Assembly (NCBI RefSeq): GCF_963921235.1
Contig: NC_086108.1
Span: 40,860,001 to 40,924,000, forward strand
Length of the DNA stretch: 64,000 nucleotides
From: Mobula hypostoma
Lineage: Eukaryota
Direction of reading: 5' to 3'
Below, in pieces: positions 47,790 to 61,394 of this stretch (position 1 is its first letter; every line of letters starts with the position of its first letter). The translations under genes and the position numbers were made by a program. A model generated the notes under the pieces. That model was not told the DNA's origin and made no database searches. It saw only the letters and a list, made by a program, of their open reading frames with translations.

Positions 47790-49590
47790 TAAGACCATAA
47801 GAATTAGGCCATTTGGCCAATCGGGTCTGTTCCACTACTCAATCATGGCCGATCCTTTTCACGCCTCTTCAGCCCCACTCTCCGGCCTTCTCCCTGTAAC
47901 CTTTGATGCTGTGGCCAGTCAAGAACATATCAATCTCTGTCTTAAATACACCCAACAAACCTGGCTTCTACAGCTGTCTTTGGTATGAAATTCCAAAAAT
48001 TCACCAAGAAATTTCTCCCCATCTCTGTTTTAAATGGACGCTCCTCTATCCTGAGGCTGGGCCCACTTGTCCTGGACTCTCACACCATGGGAAACATCCT
48101 TTCCATATCTACTCTGCTTAGGCCTTTCAACATTTGAAAGGTTTCAATGAGATCCCCCATCATCCTTGTAAATTCCAGTGAGTACAGTCCCAGAGCCATC
48201 AAATGTTCCTCATATGCACCTTTAGGTCTTTCAGCTTTTTGAGCTCCTCTCTGTTGTAGTAGTAATTGCACTCACTTCTCTTTCCTCACACCCTTCAACA
48301 CCTTGCACAGTGCTAGCGTCTTCCACAGTGAAGAATAATGCAAAATACTCATTTACTTCATCTTCCATCTGTCTTATCGCCCATTATTATTTCTCTGGCC
48401 TCATTTTCTAGCGGTCCTATATCCACTCTCATTTCTCTTTTATTTTTTATATACTTGAAAAAGTATTTTTTATCCACCTTGATATTGCTTGCTAACTTGC
48501 TTTCATATTTCACCTTTTTCAATTTACTTTGGCCAACTCCTCTCGCATACTACTGTAATTTCCTTTACTCCACTGAAATACTGCCACGTTGGACTTTACA
48601 TTGTCCCTATCAAATTTCAAGTTGAACTCAATCATATTGAGATCACTGCCTCCTAAGGGTCCTTTACCTTAAGTTCCCTAATTGCCTCTGGTTCATGACC
48701 TAACACCCATCCAGTATAACTGATCGCCTAGTAGGCACAACAACAAACTGCTGTAAAAAGCCATCTTGTAGCCACTCCACAAATTCACTCTCTTGTGATC
48801 CATTACCAACCTGATTTTCCAAATCTACCTGCATGTTAAAATCCCCTATGACTATCATAACATTGCCCTTTTGACGCACCTTTTCTATTTCCCATTGCAT
48901 TCTGTAGTCCTCATCCAAGCTACTGTTTGGGGGCCTGTATATGACAGCCAACAAGGTCCTTTTACCCTTGCAGTTTCTTAACTCAACCCACAAGGATTCA
49001 ACATCTTTTGATCTTATGTCACATCCTTTTGATAGTTTGATTCCATTCTTTACCAGCAGAGCCATGCTACCCCCTCTGCATACTTTCCTATTCCTCCAAT
49101 ACAACGTGTAACCTTGGACATTCAACTCCCAGCTACAACCATCCTTCAACCACGATTCAGTGTTGGCCACAACATCATACCTGACAATCAGTAAAAGTGC
49201 AACAAGATCATCCACCTTATTTCTTCTACTCTGTGCATTGAGATATAACACTCTGAGTATTGTATTTGCTACCCTTTTTGATTCTGCATCCCTAGTGCAC
49301 TGATACTCACCCTGCTGGCTGCAATTTTGTCCTATTATCTGCCTGCCCTTCCTGACAGTCTGACTGCACACTATCTTTGCTTTTTTACTATTCATTCTTC
49401 CTGAGTCCCTTCACTCCAGTTCCTATCCACCTGCCAAATTAGTTTAAACCCTCCCCAACAGCTCTAACAAACCTGCCCGTGAGAATATTGATTCCCCCTT
49501 GGGTTCAGGTACAACCCGTCCCTTTTGTACAGGTTTTATGCCCACTCCGACCCCGAGAAGAGATCCCAATGATCCAAGTACCTGAAGCCA
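47790..49590 (-). mobile_element. CR1 LINE with deletions (ORF1 end, APE endonuclease, 3' end)
   Basis: YLNAQSRRNKVDDL...TESWLKD...YRPPNS...IGDFNM; GLYSLEFTRMMGDLIE; junction gggtttaaactaa at 49439-49451. Confidence 0.88.
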
Positions 49591-51532
49591 TGCTCTGTTG
49601 CCGATTGGGATGCCGGAATAACACCAATCGCTCACAAAATCCTCCTTTTAAACAAGCGCTACTGATCTGCATGAAACCTTCTGTCTGCACTGCTTCCGAT
49701 GTTGATTGGGATGCCAGAATGACGTTTAACTCCAGACTCTGACCCAGTGCTCCATTTCAGAGACGAGACTCCCTCACAGACCCATGGATGATCATATACA
49801 TCCGTTGACAGTTCAGATTGATAAACTTGGCTTCCAGTCCAGGTGAAGGATCTTGATGCAATGTCAACTGCCCCTTTCCCTTCACAGATGCTGCCTGACC
49901 TGCAGAATTCCTCCAGCATTGTGTTTGATACTTCAGGTATTATTAATCAAGGATTTCCGAAGAATAGAAGTACGAAAGATGTCAAACTTGAAGACCTGTG
50001 GTTTCTTTAAAAATTCTCAGGTTTACCCAGATTCCTGTTGCAGCAGGGGTGTACGTAGAGATGAGACAGCAAGAACACGCCCTCTTCTACGTCAGTGGCC
50101 CAGTCCAGCTGCCTATAATTGCTGCCCAATTGCAGCCCAGATACAGAGAATCAATCACACTTCTTGAGAGTTCCAGTTTCTGGATGTGTGGATTCAGTGA
50201 TATAGTAAGAAAGCGCTGAGGCCCTGGTCCCCAAAGTTATCTCGAAGACCCTTTGGTGAACAATGTCCTGCATCCAGCTTCACTGGCTGTAAAAGCTGTG
50301 AGCGATTTTTTAATGGTTTTTGAATGATGCTTAGAGATGTTTGAGAGCTATTAAAATTGCAACAAGTATCTTTTAAGATGAAGGAGGTTAAATAAATATA
50401 ACATTGGCTAAACCACCTGAAGTGAGCATAATTATGCCTGCTACATTAAATCAAAATAATTTGACTAATGTTACACAACTTCTCCCTCACCAACTAATTC
50501 AGTCTCGCCACGTTCAATTAAATCAATGGGAGCTCACTGTATATCTCAGCAAATCTGGTGTGCAGCAACAGTGTGAACAGACTGACCCACAGTGAGGAAT
50601 GTTTCAGTAAATTTAAGAGTACATGTTGGAGAGGTTCTGAACTTAATGCCGTTTAAATGGTTAAATACCAATGGTTCTGTTTAGCACTGCTGACATTAGC
50701 CAGAACACCCTCAGACTGGGCGCTCACGTACGTGCAGAGTAGACATTTTTTTTCAAAGTGCTCCTCCAGAAGTGATCAACTTTAAATGCTTGCGTATGCC
50801 TCTGTTTAATAACGTTTGTAAAGTCCTTTGAGCTTTGGATGTAGACCTAATGAACCTGAGCAAGATTCAATCCATATGTTCCCTTAAGACATTTTTCAAA
50901 CGTGGGGCCAAAAATTTTCCACTTCAGTTTTCCTCTTCATCATTTTTCTCACCATTTCCAGAGCAAACTTGTTAACAGTTCTTAAACTTTTGGATAACTA
51001 GCTTATTTCTATTGAGCAACTTCTCAGATCTATTTCTCCTGCGTTCAAAAATCACCAGAGAATAACTTGGGATCTATTTTTTTGGATTTTAATCAGCGCA
51101 GTTCTGGGATATTTTGGAAAAAAAATAGGTTTCCTTTCCTCCTTAAGTACCTCACACCAAGGTTTTTCAGCATTCCCTTCTCCCAGCCCCCCTACCTTTT
51201 GACACTCAGCACCACCAAACATGAGAACAGAAAGTCAGTACCAAGGGATCAAGTTTGAGGCCCCATTCTGAAAGGCACCAGCATATCATAACATGATGAA
51301 TCACATCGCTTTACAGTGAACTAGCTTGAATGGTATTATTTTTTCTGCTAAAGCTGAAAATGTCCTCTAAAATGAAAGCCATCATTGGAAATCAATATCT
51401 TGGATGATTATTTTCCCTAGATTAATCAAAAGGAGCAGAATTTTGAAAATACCACTTGGTAGGCAAAGCAATACATATATTTCTTGGAAGAGAGTATCAA
51501 CTGACCACACAGTATGGGACAATGATTTAGGA

Positions 51533-51614
51533 CAGGGGTGCCCAACCCTTTTTTCATGCCACGGGGCAATACTATTAAGCAAGATGCCCATGGACCCTAA
51601 GCTGGAAACCACTG
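51533..51614. mobile_element. Tiny decayed hAT-Charlie-like MITE
   Basis: caggggtgcccaacc...aagctggaaaccactg termini; TSD not convincingly preserved. Confidence 0.4.
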
Positions 51615-54600
51615 ATCTCAGGTGAATAACTACAGCAAAGAGTTCACTGTAAATTCATTAGAAAATTCATTGTACACAGAAAATAATGTCTAAGAAGAAC
51701 AAATAACCTTCAAGAACATTTCCATTAAAATAGGATTTTTTTCCTTCTAGAAAAAAAGCAGGGAAAATAAGAATAAATATAAATCTCAGTTACTTACAGC
51801 AATATAGTTACTACTCTTGATAGACAAAGTGAATACCCAATCATCTTGATGCTGGCTGGATTTAGGGTTGTAATTCCATGCAGGGTTCTCTGAAGATATT
51901 TTCCTTATATAATGGTCTTGTGAAACAAATGTCATTCATATTTATAGCAATACATCTTCCAAATATCTAATCTGTAAACGTCACATATGCAGACAGTCAC
52001 TCTTGATGAGTGTTTGTAACGCAGAGTTGCAGGAGTGAGTTTTACCTGCAAAGCAAGGCGATGCTGTATTGCTGCACAATATCCATTCTCAGAAGACAAA
52101 GTATCGTGGGTGCAAGTGATCGTTTTACCTTCCCTCAGCCCCACCCACACCTGAGAGAGAATTTGTGCCGTATGTGATAGAAGCAACTGGAGCCTTTGGC
52201 ACTCCTCTCCATTTTGTGTGAATTAGATTGGCGGCAGGGCTAGGTCTGAAACAACCCAAAATTCAGTAGTTTGTGAAATTTGCTCTCACTTTATAAAGAG
52301 TTCAATCATTCTTACAGCTTTTATTCTTCAACATGTCGAGTACAAAAGTAAGCAAGAAGCTGTTGTAGCTCAAACACAATTCCATATTTATACTATTAGG
52401 TGCACTGTCACAGAAAATCAAGACTATTTAAGTAGACAGCACAATGATTCAATATTTTCATTTAATCTCCCTGAGTTTATAATAATAAATAGGTCAATTT
52501 CATCAACTGATCCAGAAAATCATTGCTGAGCCCATTTCTTGGGCATCATTTTTCATGAAGGATCCGAATTTACAGTACTGTTCTTCAAAACTCAACTCCT
52601 TCAGAATTGCTGTCACCTCTGGTGTTGAGATTGGCACTGATGTGTACTGGCTTTGTGATTGTGCCAGCTGCAGTTTTATAGTCAGTGGCATTATCTAAAA
52701 ATAGTATGCCTTTAAACTCTTCCATTTGTTGGTATTTGTGAAAGGTTGCTGGATGCTGCAAGAGATTTCTTGATTTTTGTTTTAAATATGTTGCAAGGGA
52801 TTTGCAATAAATTGGTTATATTTATCCCCTTTTATAAATGCTATATATGCCCTACAAGCACGGTTGCTATTCCCAGGAGACTACCTATCCCACGGGGCAA
52901 TGCTTTTAGACTCATGTCTCTTACTTCCTTCCAGTGTAATTGCAAAGGAAGTGACTAGAATTTAATCTTTAATTTTTTCGGTCTTGTCATTAGCCTTGAT
53001 TATATTTGGCTTCATACTACACAATAAAACATGTTTAACCTTATAGTTTCTTGTCAGCAGGTTTCTCAAAATCTCACAAAGTAGTTTGAAGAGAGAACTA
53101 TTTGTGATGGAGTCGTGGGCTCCCAGACTAATACAGTACAGACACAGGCCATTCAGACCATCACAACCATGACAACCATTAAGCATCTATCTGTACCAAT
53201 CCCATTCATTAGCACATGGCCTACGGTCTTCTATACCTTGAAGATTCAAGTGCTCTTTTAGATACTTCTTAAGCTCTGTGGGGGTAACTGTCTCCATCAA
53301 GCAGCTGTCTGTGCCCGTTCTTTGCTCTGATAATGGAGTTGTCTCTTGTTTTGGGCAAGTGGGTGGTTACATATCTCACTTATCATCTTATTTCATGGCA
53401 ATACTTGAATATAGTCACTGTTGTTCATTTGACTGCAACATTAGTTGGAACTTAGCATTTGTGATTCTTTATTCTTTTACTTATTATTCAAGGGTAAAGA
53501 TTAATATTCCCTCTGCAATTATCCATGCAGCTCAGCAGTTTTTTGAGTTGGATCAAGTCTTCTTTCACTTTCTTTTCTTCAAGCATGAAAACAATTTCAG
53601 CTGTGTTAATCTCACTACATCATTTGGAAGTCCAAATCTTGGAATGATCTTTGTTGGCATTCTCTGAAACCTCTCTAGTGTTTATAAGCCCCTGTGTTAA
53701 GCTAGTCAATTGGTACAATACAAAGAGATACGGGAGCTTATTGTTACAACAAGGGTCTATTTAAAATGAGTGTTATACCATCTGATACCATCACACAACT
53801 GAACAAGTTCTTTTGTTTGAATTTAATTCAGAAGGTTTAACATTTTCATTACATTGGGGCAGCCAACATCAAACTAGTTTGACAACATACCACTAATGTG
53901 GGATATTTTTAACCCAAGAATTGGAGGTTGCAGGTTACCAGTTATTGTGAAAAAACACACACACGGAGATCAGATCTCCGAAGTCCATTCATGAAATGCC
54001 TATGAACATTGTCAGATGGAAACAGTGGCTGAGTAGTTGGAAGAAAAATTAGAAATACCAAGGTCTGGAATTCCAGTGTGGGCACACTTTGAGAACTGCA
54101 GACTGTTGCAATTTTGAAAATTATTATTTTCCTTGAGGTTCTGCTCAAACTTTTTTGCACATCAGCAAACACAAAGCCTGCCTTAAGCCATGCAATTGAA
54201 CAGCACATAAGATGTAATTTTAAAACTTCCCCTCGGTATATTTAACCTGGTGCAGGTTAATTAGTTCAAGTGAAAATTCTTTTGTCATAAAATGTGTGTA
54301 TTTGTTCTGAGTTATTTTGTCATCATCTGTCAACAGGAATTCTAAATCTCTGAAAATTACTTCAAAAATCCACGTTGAACCATTTGCTCATCACCTTGGT
54401 TTACAGAAATCAGTTCTTTAGTAAATTAAACAAGATCATATTCAAAAGCTTTTAAAAATTCCCTTTGCGCTTGGGAAGACAGCTTCAGTTGAGAGCTCCT
54501 TGAAGGCTTACAAATGAGTGCAATTAATGGAAACTGAGTACAACTGATTAATTTGATCTGAGTCAAGAATACATTTTGTGAGAAAACTCATTTAGGCACA

Positions 54601-55273
54601 TAGTTTTTAAAGCTAGCACAGAAGTTGTGGAAACTTAGTTTGGATGCCAGATAATTTGATTTGGAAATTTTGTTGTATTTTGTTTTGATGTGATCAATTG
54701 TGGGGAAGTTACACTGAAAGGAAACTGCAAGATTCTGGAAACTCAAGGCCATCTTATCTAGATTCCAAAAAGCCAACTGCCATTTTATTGAACTTTAAAG
54801 ATAAACCTCAACCTTGACCTGAATACTGACAATGGTCAAAGGGGGCTTAACTTTCCTGCGAAGCAGAAGTGCCCTTTTTTAACTCAGGGTTCCCCTCCAC
54901 TAAAGCTAACATGGTTCTCTACCACAGCTCTAATTCTCGTAAATCTGCTCCTCCCTCTCCTTCCAGCTAGGACAAGAGTAGAGATCCTAGGTCCTCACCT
55001 CCCCCCCAGCACCCTCCATCCAAACTTGCATACACCTGTCTGATCTATTCACCTGTCTGTTTCTGATAAGGAGAAGCTAATATATATATATTACTTTCAT
55101 CAAAGTTAGCAATCTTTTTCTAATGGAATAAAGCAATACCTTTTATAGATGCTCTTGGATCACAATGTGAATACTATTTTTTGTCTGCTTTGTGCAGTTA
55201 GCTTACATTCCAATGCAGAAAATGCTATCTTGTCTGCTGTAAACATTATCTTAGAAACTCAGTAAATATTGTT

Positions 55274-55789
55274 ATAGTCATAGTCATAGTCATACTTTAT
55301 TGATCCTGTGGGAAATTGGTCCTCGTTACAGTTGTACCACAGGTAACAAACAGCAACAAAACCATAAATAGCCAAATAGTAACATGCAAACTATGCCAGG
55401 AAATAAGTCCAGGACTAGCCCACTGGCCCAGGGTGTCCGACCCTCCAAGGGAGGAGCTGCAAAGTTTGATGGCCACAGGCAGGAACGACCCCCCATGATG
55501 CTTCGCGCTGCATCCCAGCGGAACGAGTCTCCGGCTGAATGCACTCCCGTGTCCACCCAGCACACCATGCAGTGGATGGGAGACACTGTCCAAGATGGCA
55601 TGCAACCTGGACAGCATCCTCAGGCACCACCGCCAGAGAGTCCAGCCCCATCCCCACAACATCACCGGCCCCATGAATGAGCCTGCCGATTCCGTTGGTG
55701 TCTGCCACCCTCAGCCTGCTGCCCCAGCACACAACAGCAAACATGATAGCACTGGCCACCACAGATTTGTAGAACATCCTCAGCATCAT
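55274..55789 (-). mobile_element. Rex1/Babar-type LINE 3' fragment with apparent A-to-G hypermutation
   Basis: MLRMFYKSVVASAIMFAVVCWGS...HPLH...SFLPVAIKL; 3' end gatcaataaagt followed by (ATGACT)x3. Confidence 0.88.
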
Positions 55790-55930
55790 CCAGTAGTTTT
55801 TCTTTGATGACTGAGTTACAGAGGAAAACTCTCATAAAATCCAAAACTTTGTTCCTTATATAGCAGGTGGAACATAACATAATTCTGTGCAAAGAATCAT
55901 GGAAGCTGACAAAAGAGCAGTACTGAGATA

Positions 55931-56040
55931 GCAAACATGAGAAAATCTGCAGATGCTGGAAATCCGAGCAACATACAGAAAATGCTGGAAAAACTTAACA
56001 GGCCAGGCAGAATCTATGGATCCAGCATTTTGTATGTGCT
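55931..56040 (-). repeat. Short Penelope pLTR-end-derived repeat
   Basis: aaaatctgcagatgctggaaatcc...aaaatgctgga...caggccaggcag.atctatgga matches the pLTR end at 22621-22710. Related pieces at about 2630-2760 and 49830-49930. Confidence 0.65.
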
Positions 56041-57999
56041 GTACTGAGATGTCAATTTGTCTTTGGGCAATGGTACAAAATGTGTCCAGGTTATTAATCG
56101 ACTGCTGACCTCCCATTCTGAGATGAGACAGGTGGCCAGAAGGGACTAAAGAGCATTCGATGTTTCAGTGCTCATTTACCACAAACAAACAAAGATGCTT
56201 TTATTTATTCCTTGTGTTTACACTAGCTCTTCACAGGAAAATCCTAAATTAATCCCATGGTCCTCCTGGTTCCTCACAGCACAAGATTTCCTCGTAAAAA
56301 TCAATTGCTATTTTCCCTAACAAAAGCTAATTTTAAACATAGAGCAGTTGAGTGTTTAATCCAAACATTTAGAACAACTCTCAGATCATTATCAAATGGG
56401 AATTTGTTAACATAGTTACAAGCATAATTATTGTTTTCCTGTTTGCATCTTCAGGAGTTTCTAATCAGACTGGGCCTAACAACCTGAAGAGTGTTACTTT
56501 GTTAAAGTGGTTTGTGGTTTCTGAAGAGGATTGAACTGAGAGCAAAGTGTACAACTCACTAAAGATATATAATTTCCTCATTCGTTAGAAAGTTATTTTG
56601 TTTGCCGGGTAACATCTTCACCTTTACCTCCAGAGACGCTGAAGGATCTGATTCTTGGGAACAATGGCCAGCATGGCAAGCAAGGTGTTAGTTTAATTTT
56701 GGAAAGTAATACGTGTACACATATTGTTCCTGTGACAATCATCCGTTACAAAATACAATGACACATCTCACACAGGTGCAGTACAGAAGGCAGAAAGGGG
56801 AAGTTGCACAATGGATTGATGCGATGAAATCTTAAACGAACAAGAACCAATAGCTCCCCTTGAGACACACTGACTGAAGTGAACCGCATAGTATGCAAAG
56901 AGTATACACGAGCCAATTCAGTGGTTTGCTAAATAATAAATTGGTGATATTCAGACCAAAAGTGTGGGCTCCAGATGTGCCTATTCAAAGAACAGTGAAT
57001 ACATACCAAGGGTGAGGTAGCAGCCTTTATCCATCTAGTGTATGGATTTAATTTAATTTACAAAAATAACCATTCATTGCATATCCTAGCAGAAGGTAGT
57101 AACAGCTATGTCTAACTCTTTTAATGTGGGAACTTACATCTCAAATGCCAATAATACTACCATTCCACACAGTAAAGATTTACCAATATATAATTTTGCT
57201 TAGGAAGATAATTAAAAGTCCGTATCATCTGTACCCTTAAGTCCATGTTTTGCATCTCTGTTTAGTGTTTTAAATTACACTGTAAAATACATAAAGGCAA
57301 ATCTGTGGGATAGAGTTTCCACTCTGATGGCAGCAGGCAATTCTTGCTTAAATTATCTCCGTTTCCTAAAGTGTTTTTCTTCCCTCAGGTTTGTGTCCTA
57401 ACATATTTGCATATTGGTAAATAGAAGATTTGGTAGGAGCTTGCTCAATAGGCCAGTATTAAGTATTTTTTACAATTTAAAAATGCTTAAAACATTTTTA
57501 GGAATGATAATTTTGTAGGGTTTGATTACTGATGCTGGAAGTAATTTTACCATAACAAATAAGCACATTAAGTCATTGTATATATCTATATTTAATTACA
57601 AAAAATACTTTCTTTTAAGTACATGGATCTGCTACCTGATTAGATTGGGATGTGTAATGAGTTCCGTCTAACTTAAAACAAATCTAAGCTTACTGGGGTC
57701 TTGTACCCAGATGTTCCAATTTAATGCTTGGAGCCATTTCACAGCCTGCAAATAAAAGCAATTCCTAATGGAGAAGAGTTCTGTGACTTCAGTGATACTT
57801 ACGCCAACTGCGCCAATAACAGGAACAATTGTGAAGAGAAACCCAGAATAATGGGTTAGGAATTTCCGTGCCTCTGCCGGTATAAAAATGTGTTAAAGTG
57901 TGTTAGCATATTTATTTTATGGGGTTCGAGACCTCTGCTAAAATTGCAGAACAATGAATTGTAGTCACGTATGTTAAACGCTGCTTTACTGATTTTGAG

Positions 58000-58295
58000 G
58001 TGGACGGTGGCCATGACCTCAGGTTCTGTCTGTGGGGAGTTTGCGCATTCTCCCTGCGGCCATATTGGTTTCCTCCCACATCCTAAAGTTATGCAGCTTA
58101 ATTGCAGTTTAATATAAGTTAATTGGCATTATAAATTCCCCCTCGATTTAGGTGAGTGGCAGAATCTGGGGAGAGTTGATGAGAACAGGGGAGAATGAAA
58201 AATAAAATTAATCAGTGTAGGGCCAATTGAATTGGATGGAAAACAATCTGTGAGTCAAAGGAATTGTGTCCATGCGGTATTTCTCCATGACTTCC
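58000..58295 (+). mobile_element. Old V-SINE/HE1-like SINE
   Basis: ctgtctgtggggagtttgcgcattctccc...tttcctcccacatcctaaag...gttaattggcattataaattcccc central domain. Confidence 0.65.
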
Positions 58296-59370
58296 AGATC
58301 CCAATTTCTTTAATACAAGGTATACTAACAATTGTACTCCTGGCTGCCCATTCCTAATCTCCATTTGATTACCATTTTCATTTATTTCATTAATTGTTTC
58401 AGCATTATATTTAGATAATTATACACAGCAACAGAAGCAACTCTGCAAGATGGATCTATGCTTCTTGGTCATTTTTACCCATTTTATTCTCATAAACACT
58501 TTAAAAGAATCACCCACTATATTGAGCTAGGATGCTGTGCCACTTCTAAATGCAGTGCATGAAAGAGACACCATAGCAAACTTAATATAAGATGATCTGT
58601 GAACCAATAGGTTCTTTTTTAAATTCAAAGTATTTTCACTAAAAAAACAGAGATTCATCATGTACTTCCTCTATAATATTTGTGATTTAGTCTCAAACTT
58701 TTGGCTTTGGCAACATAAAAAATAAATCGTTTTCACTTTAGATACTTGACTCTCATTCAGCCTTCTATGTAGTGTAGCCAAACATATCCAGAACATCATT
58801 CTCAGCTGGATGCCACCTAGTGGCAGTAATTCAAAGTACCCCTTCACCCGAGCAGAACCATCACACCTACAGTAGTTGTACTTATTAGCATTTGTGAGCC
58901 GAATTATTTTTGGAGATAATACAATTGGTAAAATAATTATAGGTGTTGCACAATTGAAAAACCACAACTTAAGCATGTAGCTAATGGACTGCAAGTTGTC
59001 TGGGTTACAATTTCACATCATTCTTGAGTGCATATGTGCAACTACATCACATTTAAAATGCCATTTAACTCTTTCTTTTATTAAAAGGAATGTTTGTCAT
59101 AGCTAAGTTACATCTGCCCAAATGAAGATTGATTGCATATAGAGGAAATGTTTTCATACACTGGAATAGTTTGATGCTGAATTTGGACATGAAGCAAAAG
59201 TTTCAGGGTATTGTTTTCTCAAAACCATGTGAGAACAATTGTAATTGAGTGGAATATGATTATGAAGGTTGACAGGTCAAATCATGTCAACGCAGAAATC
59301 TGATCAGGCACATCAGACTGTAAGTTTTTTTCCGTGCAAGTATGTTCTCAACGTTGGCTCCACTCACTTA

Positions 59371-59690
59371 AGGTGGCACTGTGCTGCAAATGGTCGAGCT
59401 GTTGCTTCAGAGCTCCGTTGATTCAGATTCAGTCCTGAGTTCTGTCCTTGGATGAGTGGTGGCTGCATGTTCCCCATGTGACAGTATGGGTTTCCTCCAG
59501 GTGCACCAGATTTCTCCCATACCCCAAAGATCTCCAGGTTGATCAGTCAATTGGCCCCTGTAAATAGCCTGTAGTGTAGGTGCATATTGACCTGATGGTA
59601 ATATGATGCAAACAGATTAAAGCAAATGGGATCGATCTGTGAGCCAGCACAACTCAGTGGGCTGAGTGGTCTCGCTTTTTGTGTAAGAAA
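59371..59690 (+). mobile_element. Old V-SINE/HE1-like tRNA-derived SINE
   Basis: tRNA-like head ggtggcactgtgctgca...gattcagtcctg, then tgggtttcctccaggtgc...tcccataccccaaaga and a CR1-like 3' end. Confidence 0.65.
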
Positions 59691-61394
59691 ATATGGCTTC
59701 ATTCACTATAAACATTCATTGAAGCTGTTGCAGGAGGCATTAGCTGTGTTTCTGCCTATTATTTGGTTCTGTCAGCCCAGCCATAGTTTAATAGCAGTGT
59801 TCCCTGATCTGTTGCCAGCCCTGCACTGTGAAATAAACACAGGCAAGCTACTTTACTTTCTCTCCTTTACTTCTACCCTCCACAGCTTGGGAGAGGCATG
59901 TGCTCTCACAGCACAGGAGTATTTAAACAAATGCATGAATTACTAAGGTATTAAAAACTATGGGCCGGTTGCTTTAAAATGGGATTTCTGTGGACAGCCA
60001 ATTGATGGTTAGTATGATGTTGTGGACTGAAGGGCCTGCTTCTGACTCCATACCCTTTTCACTTTATAGTCAGTCAAAGCTAAACCCCTCCACTTAACTC
60101 TAATGCCATGGACTTCGGTTCAAGTATGCCTCATTTCCAACCCTCGTCCTAAACCACACCCCACTTACAATAAATTTCTAGAGGTATCAGGTACCTTCAT
60201 AAAATTGAAGTCTATGAGAACCGGGATGGAAAATTCTCCAGTTGTCAGAGTCATGGAGAGCACGGGCTAGATGGGTGTGGGTTTTGGAAGTTATTTATCT
60301 CAATCCTAAAACATCTTCACAGCGTTGTCTAGGCCCCAAGTGTCAGCTGGCCTATTGATGACCTTCCATTCACTATCAAGACAAAGATGGGTAGGTCAAT
60401 GGATGACATTTGTCCTGCTTTGCAGATAACTCAGGTCCAAAGATTCACCCAGAAAGAACAGGCACAATGCTCTTGGATCTCCTAGTTTGTAACGGAGGAC
60501 ACTCCCCACCACTGAAGGCATGTAGCGACAGTGGCAGCTTCTGAATCATCCCATCCTGTTGAGCGGAATTCCCTTGCTTAGTCTATTGTGGGTTCTGCAC
60601 CTGACAGTTCCTTCCAGTGAAAGGAAAATAGTCACTTATTGGAAAATGAAGTCATGAATCTATGTAATTACAGCAGGATTTTAACTTTGTGTGTTGCAAT
60701 TGTCCTCTTTAGTGTTTAACAGAAGTCTGATAAGATGTTTGAGTGTACAGTTACTGCAAAAACCAATACACAAATTGTTAATAATTTATGTGATTAGTCA
60801 TATTCCATTGGATGATGAAACTCTGCCAGTAATAAAATACGAGTAAGACACTGTAAATCAGTTGCAAATGAGCAAAAAGAAAGAAAAGGGAGAGGTAGAC
60901 AGAGACTATAAATTGTATAGCTGAATACACATTAATCACTTCCTGCTCTTGCTTATTTCCTGTTTTCCTGTTTATGCTATTATATAAGTAATTTTTAATT
61001 CCCAGCCAAGGGCAGTTCCTTTTTATTTTACCTATAATCTGTTTAGATTATATTGAAGGACAGGGAATGAGAAGGTTATATGAAACTAGTAATTGTTTTG
61101 TTTATGATAATGTTCAGTACCAAATGGCTGAAATGGTTTTAAAGCAGATTATGAATACCTTGAGTTGCTGTTAGATCTCATGCCTTAATCCACAATGAGT
61201 AAAAAAGCAAATGTTAAGTGAAAACATCAACAATTCTCCAAATGTTAAGCAGTGATGTGAGTGGCTTTCTGAAGATTAAAATTAAGATTACATAAATTAT
61301 TCATACAGTAAACTCTTCTGCAGTGCATTTTACTTAATCAATATTCACTCTAACATGCTGGTGGTTTTATTGCAAGGCAAGAGCAGTGATAGAT

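Noticed and set aside
57803..57873. Possible minus-strand exon (ccggcag acceptor, gtaagt donor; ARKFLTHYSGFLFTIVPVIGAVG or GTEIPNPLFWVSLHNCSCYWRSW)
   Set aside because: No recognisable protein. Other donor-like sites (about 62194, 51797, 18523) do not assemble into a recognisable ORF. RNA-seq would be needed.
59371..59450. tRNA gene
   Set aside because: Only a decayed tRNA-like SINE head; no complete cloverleaf.
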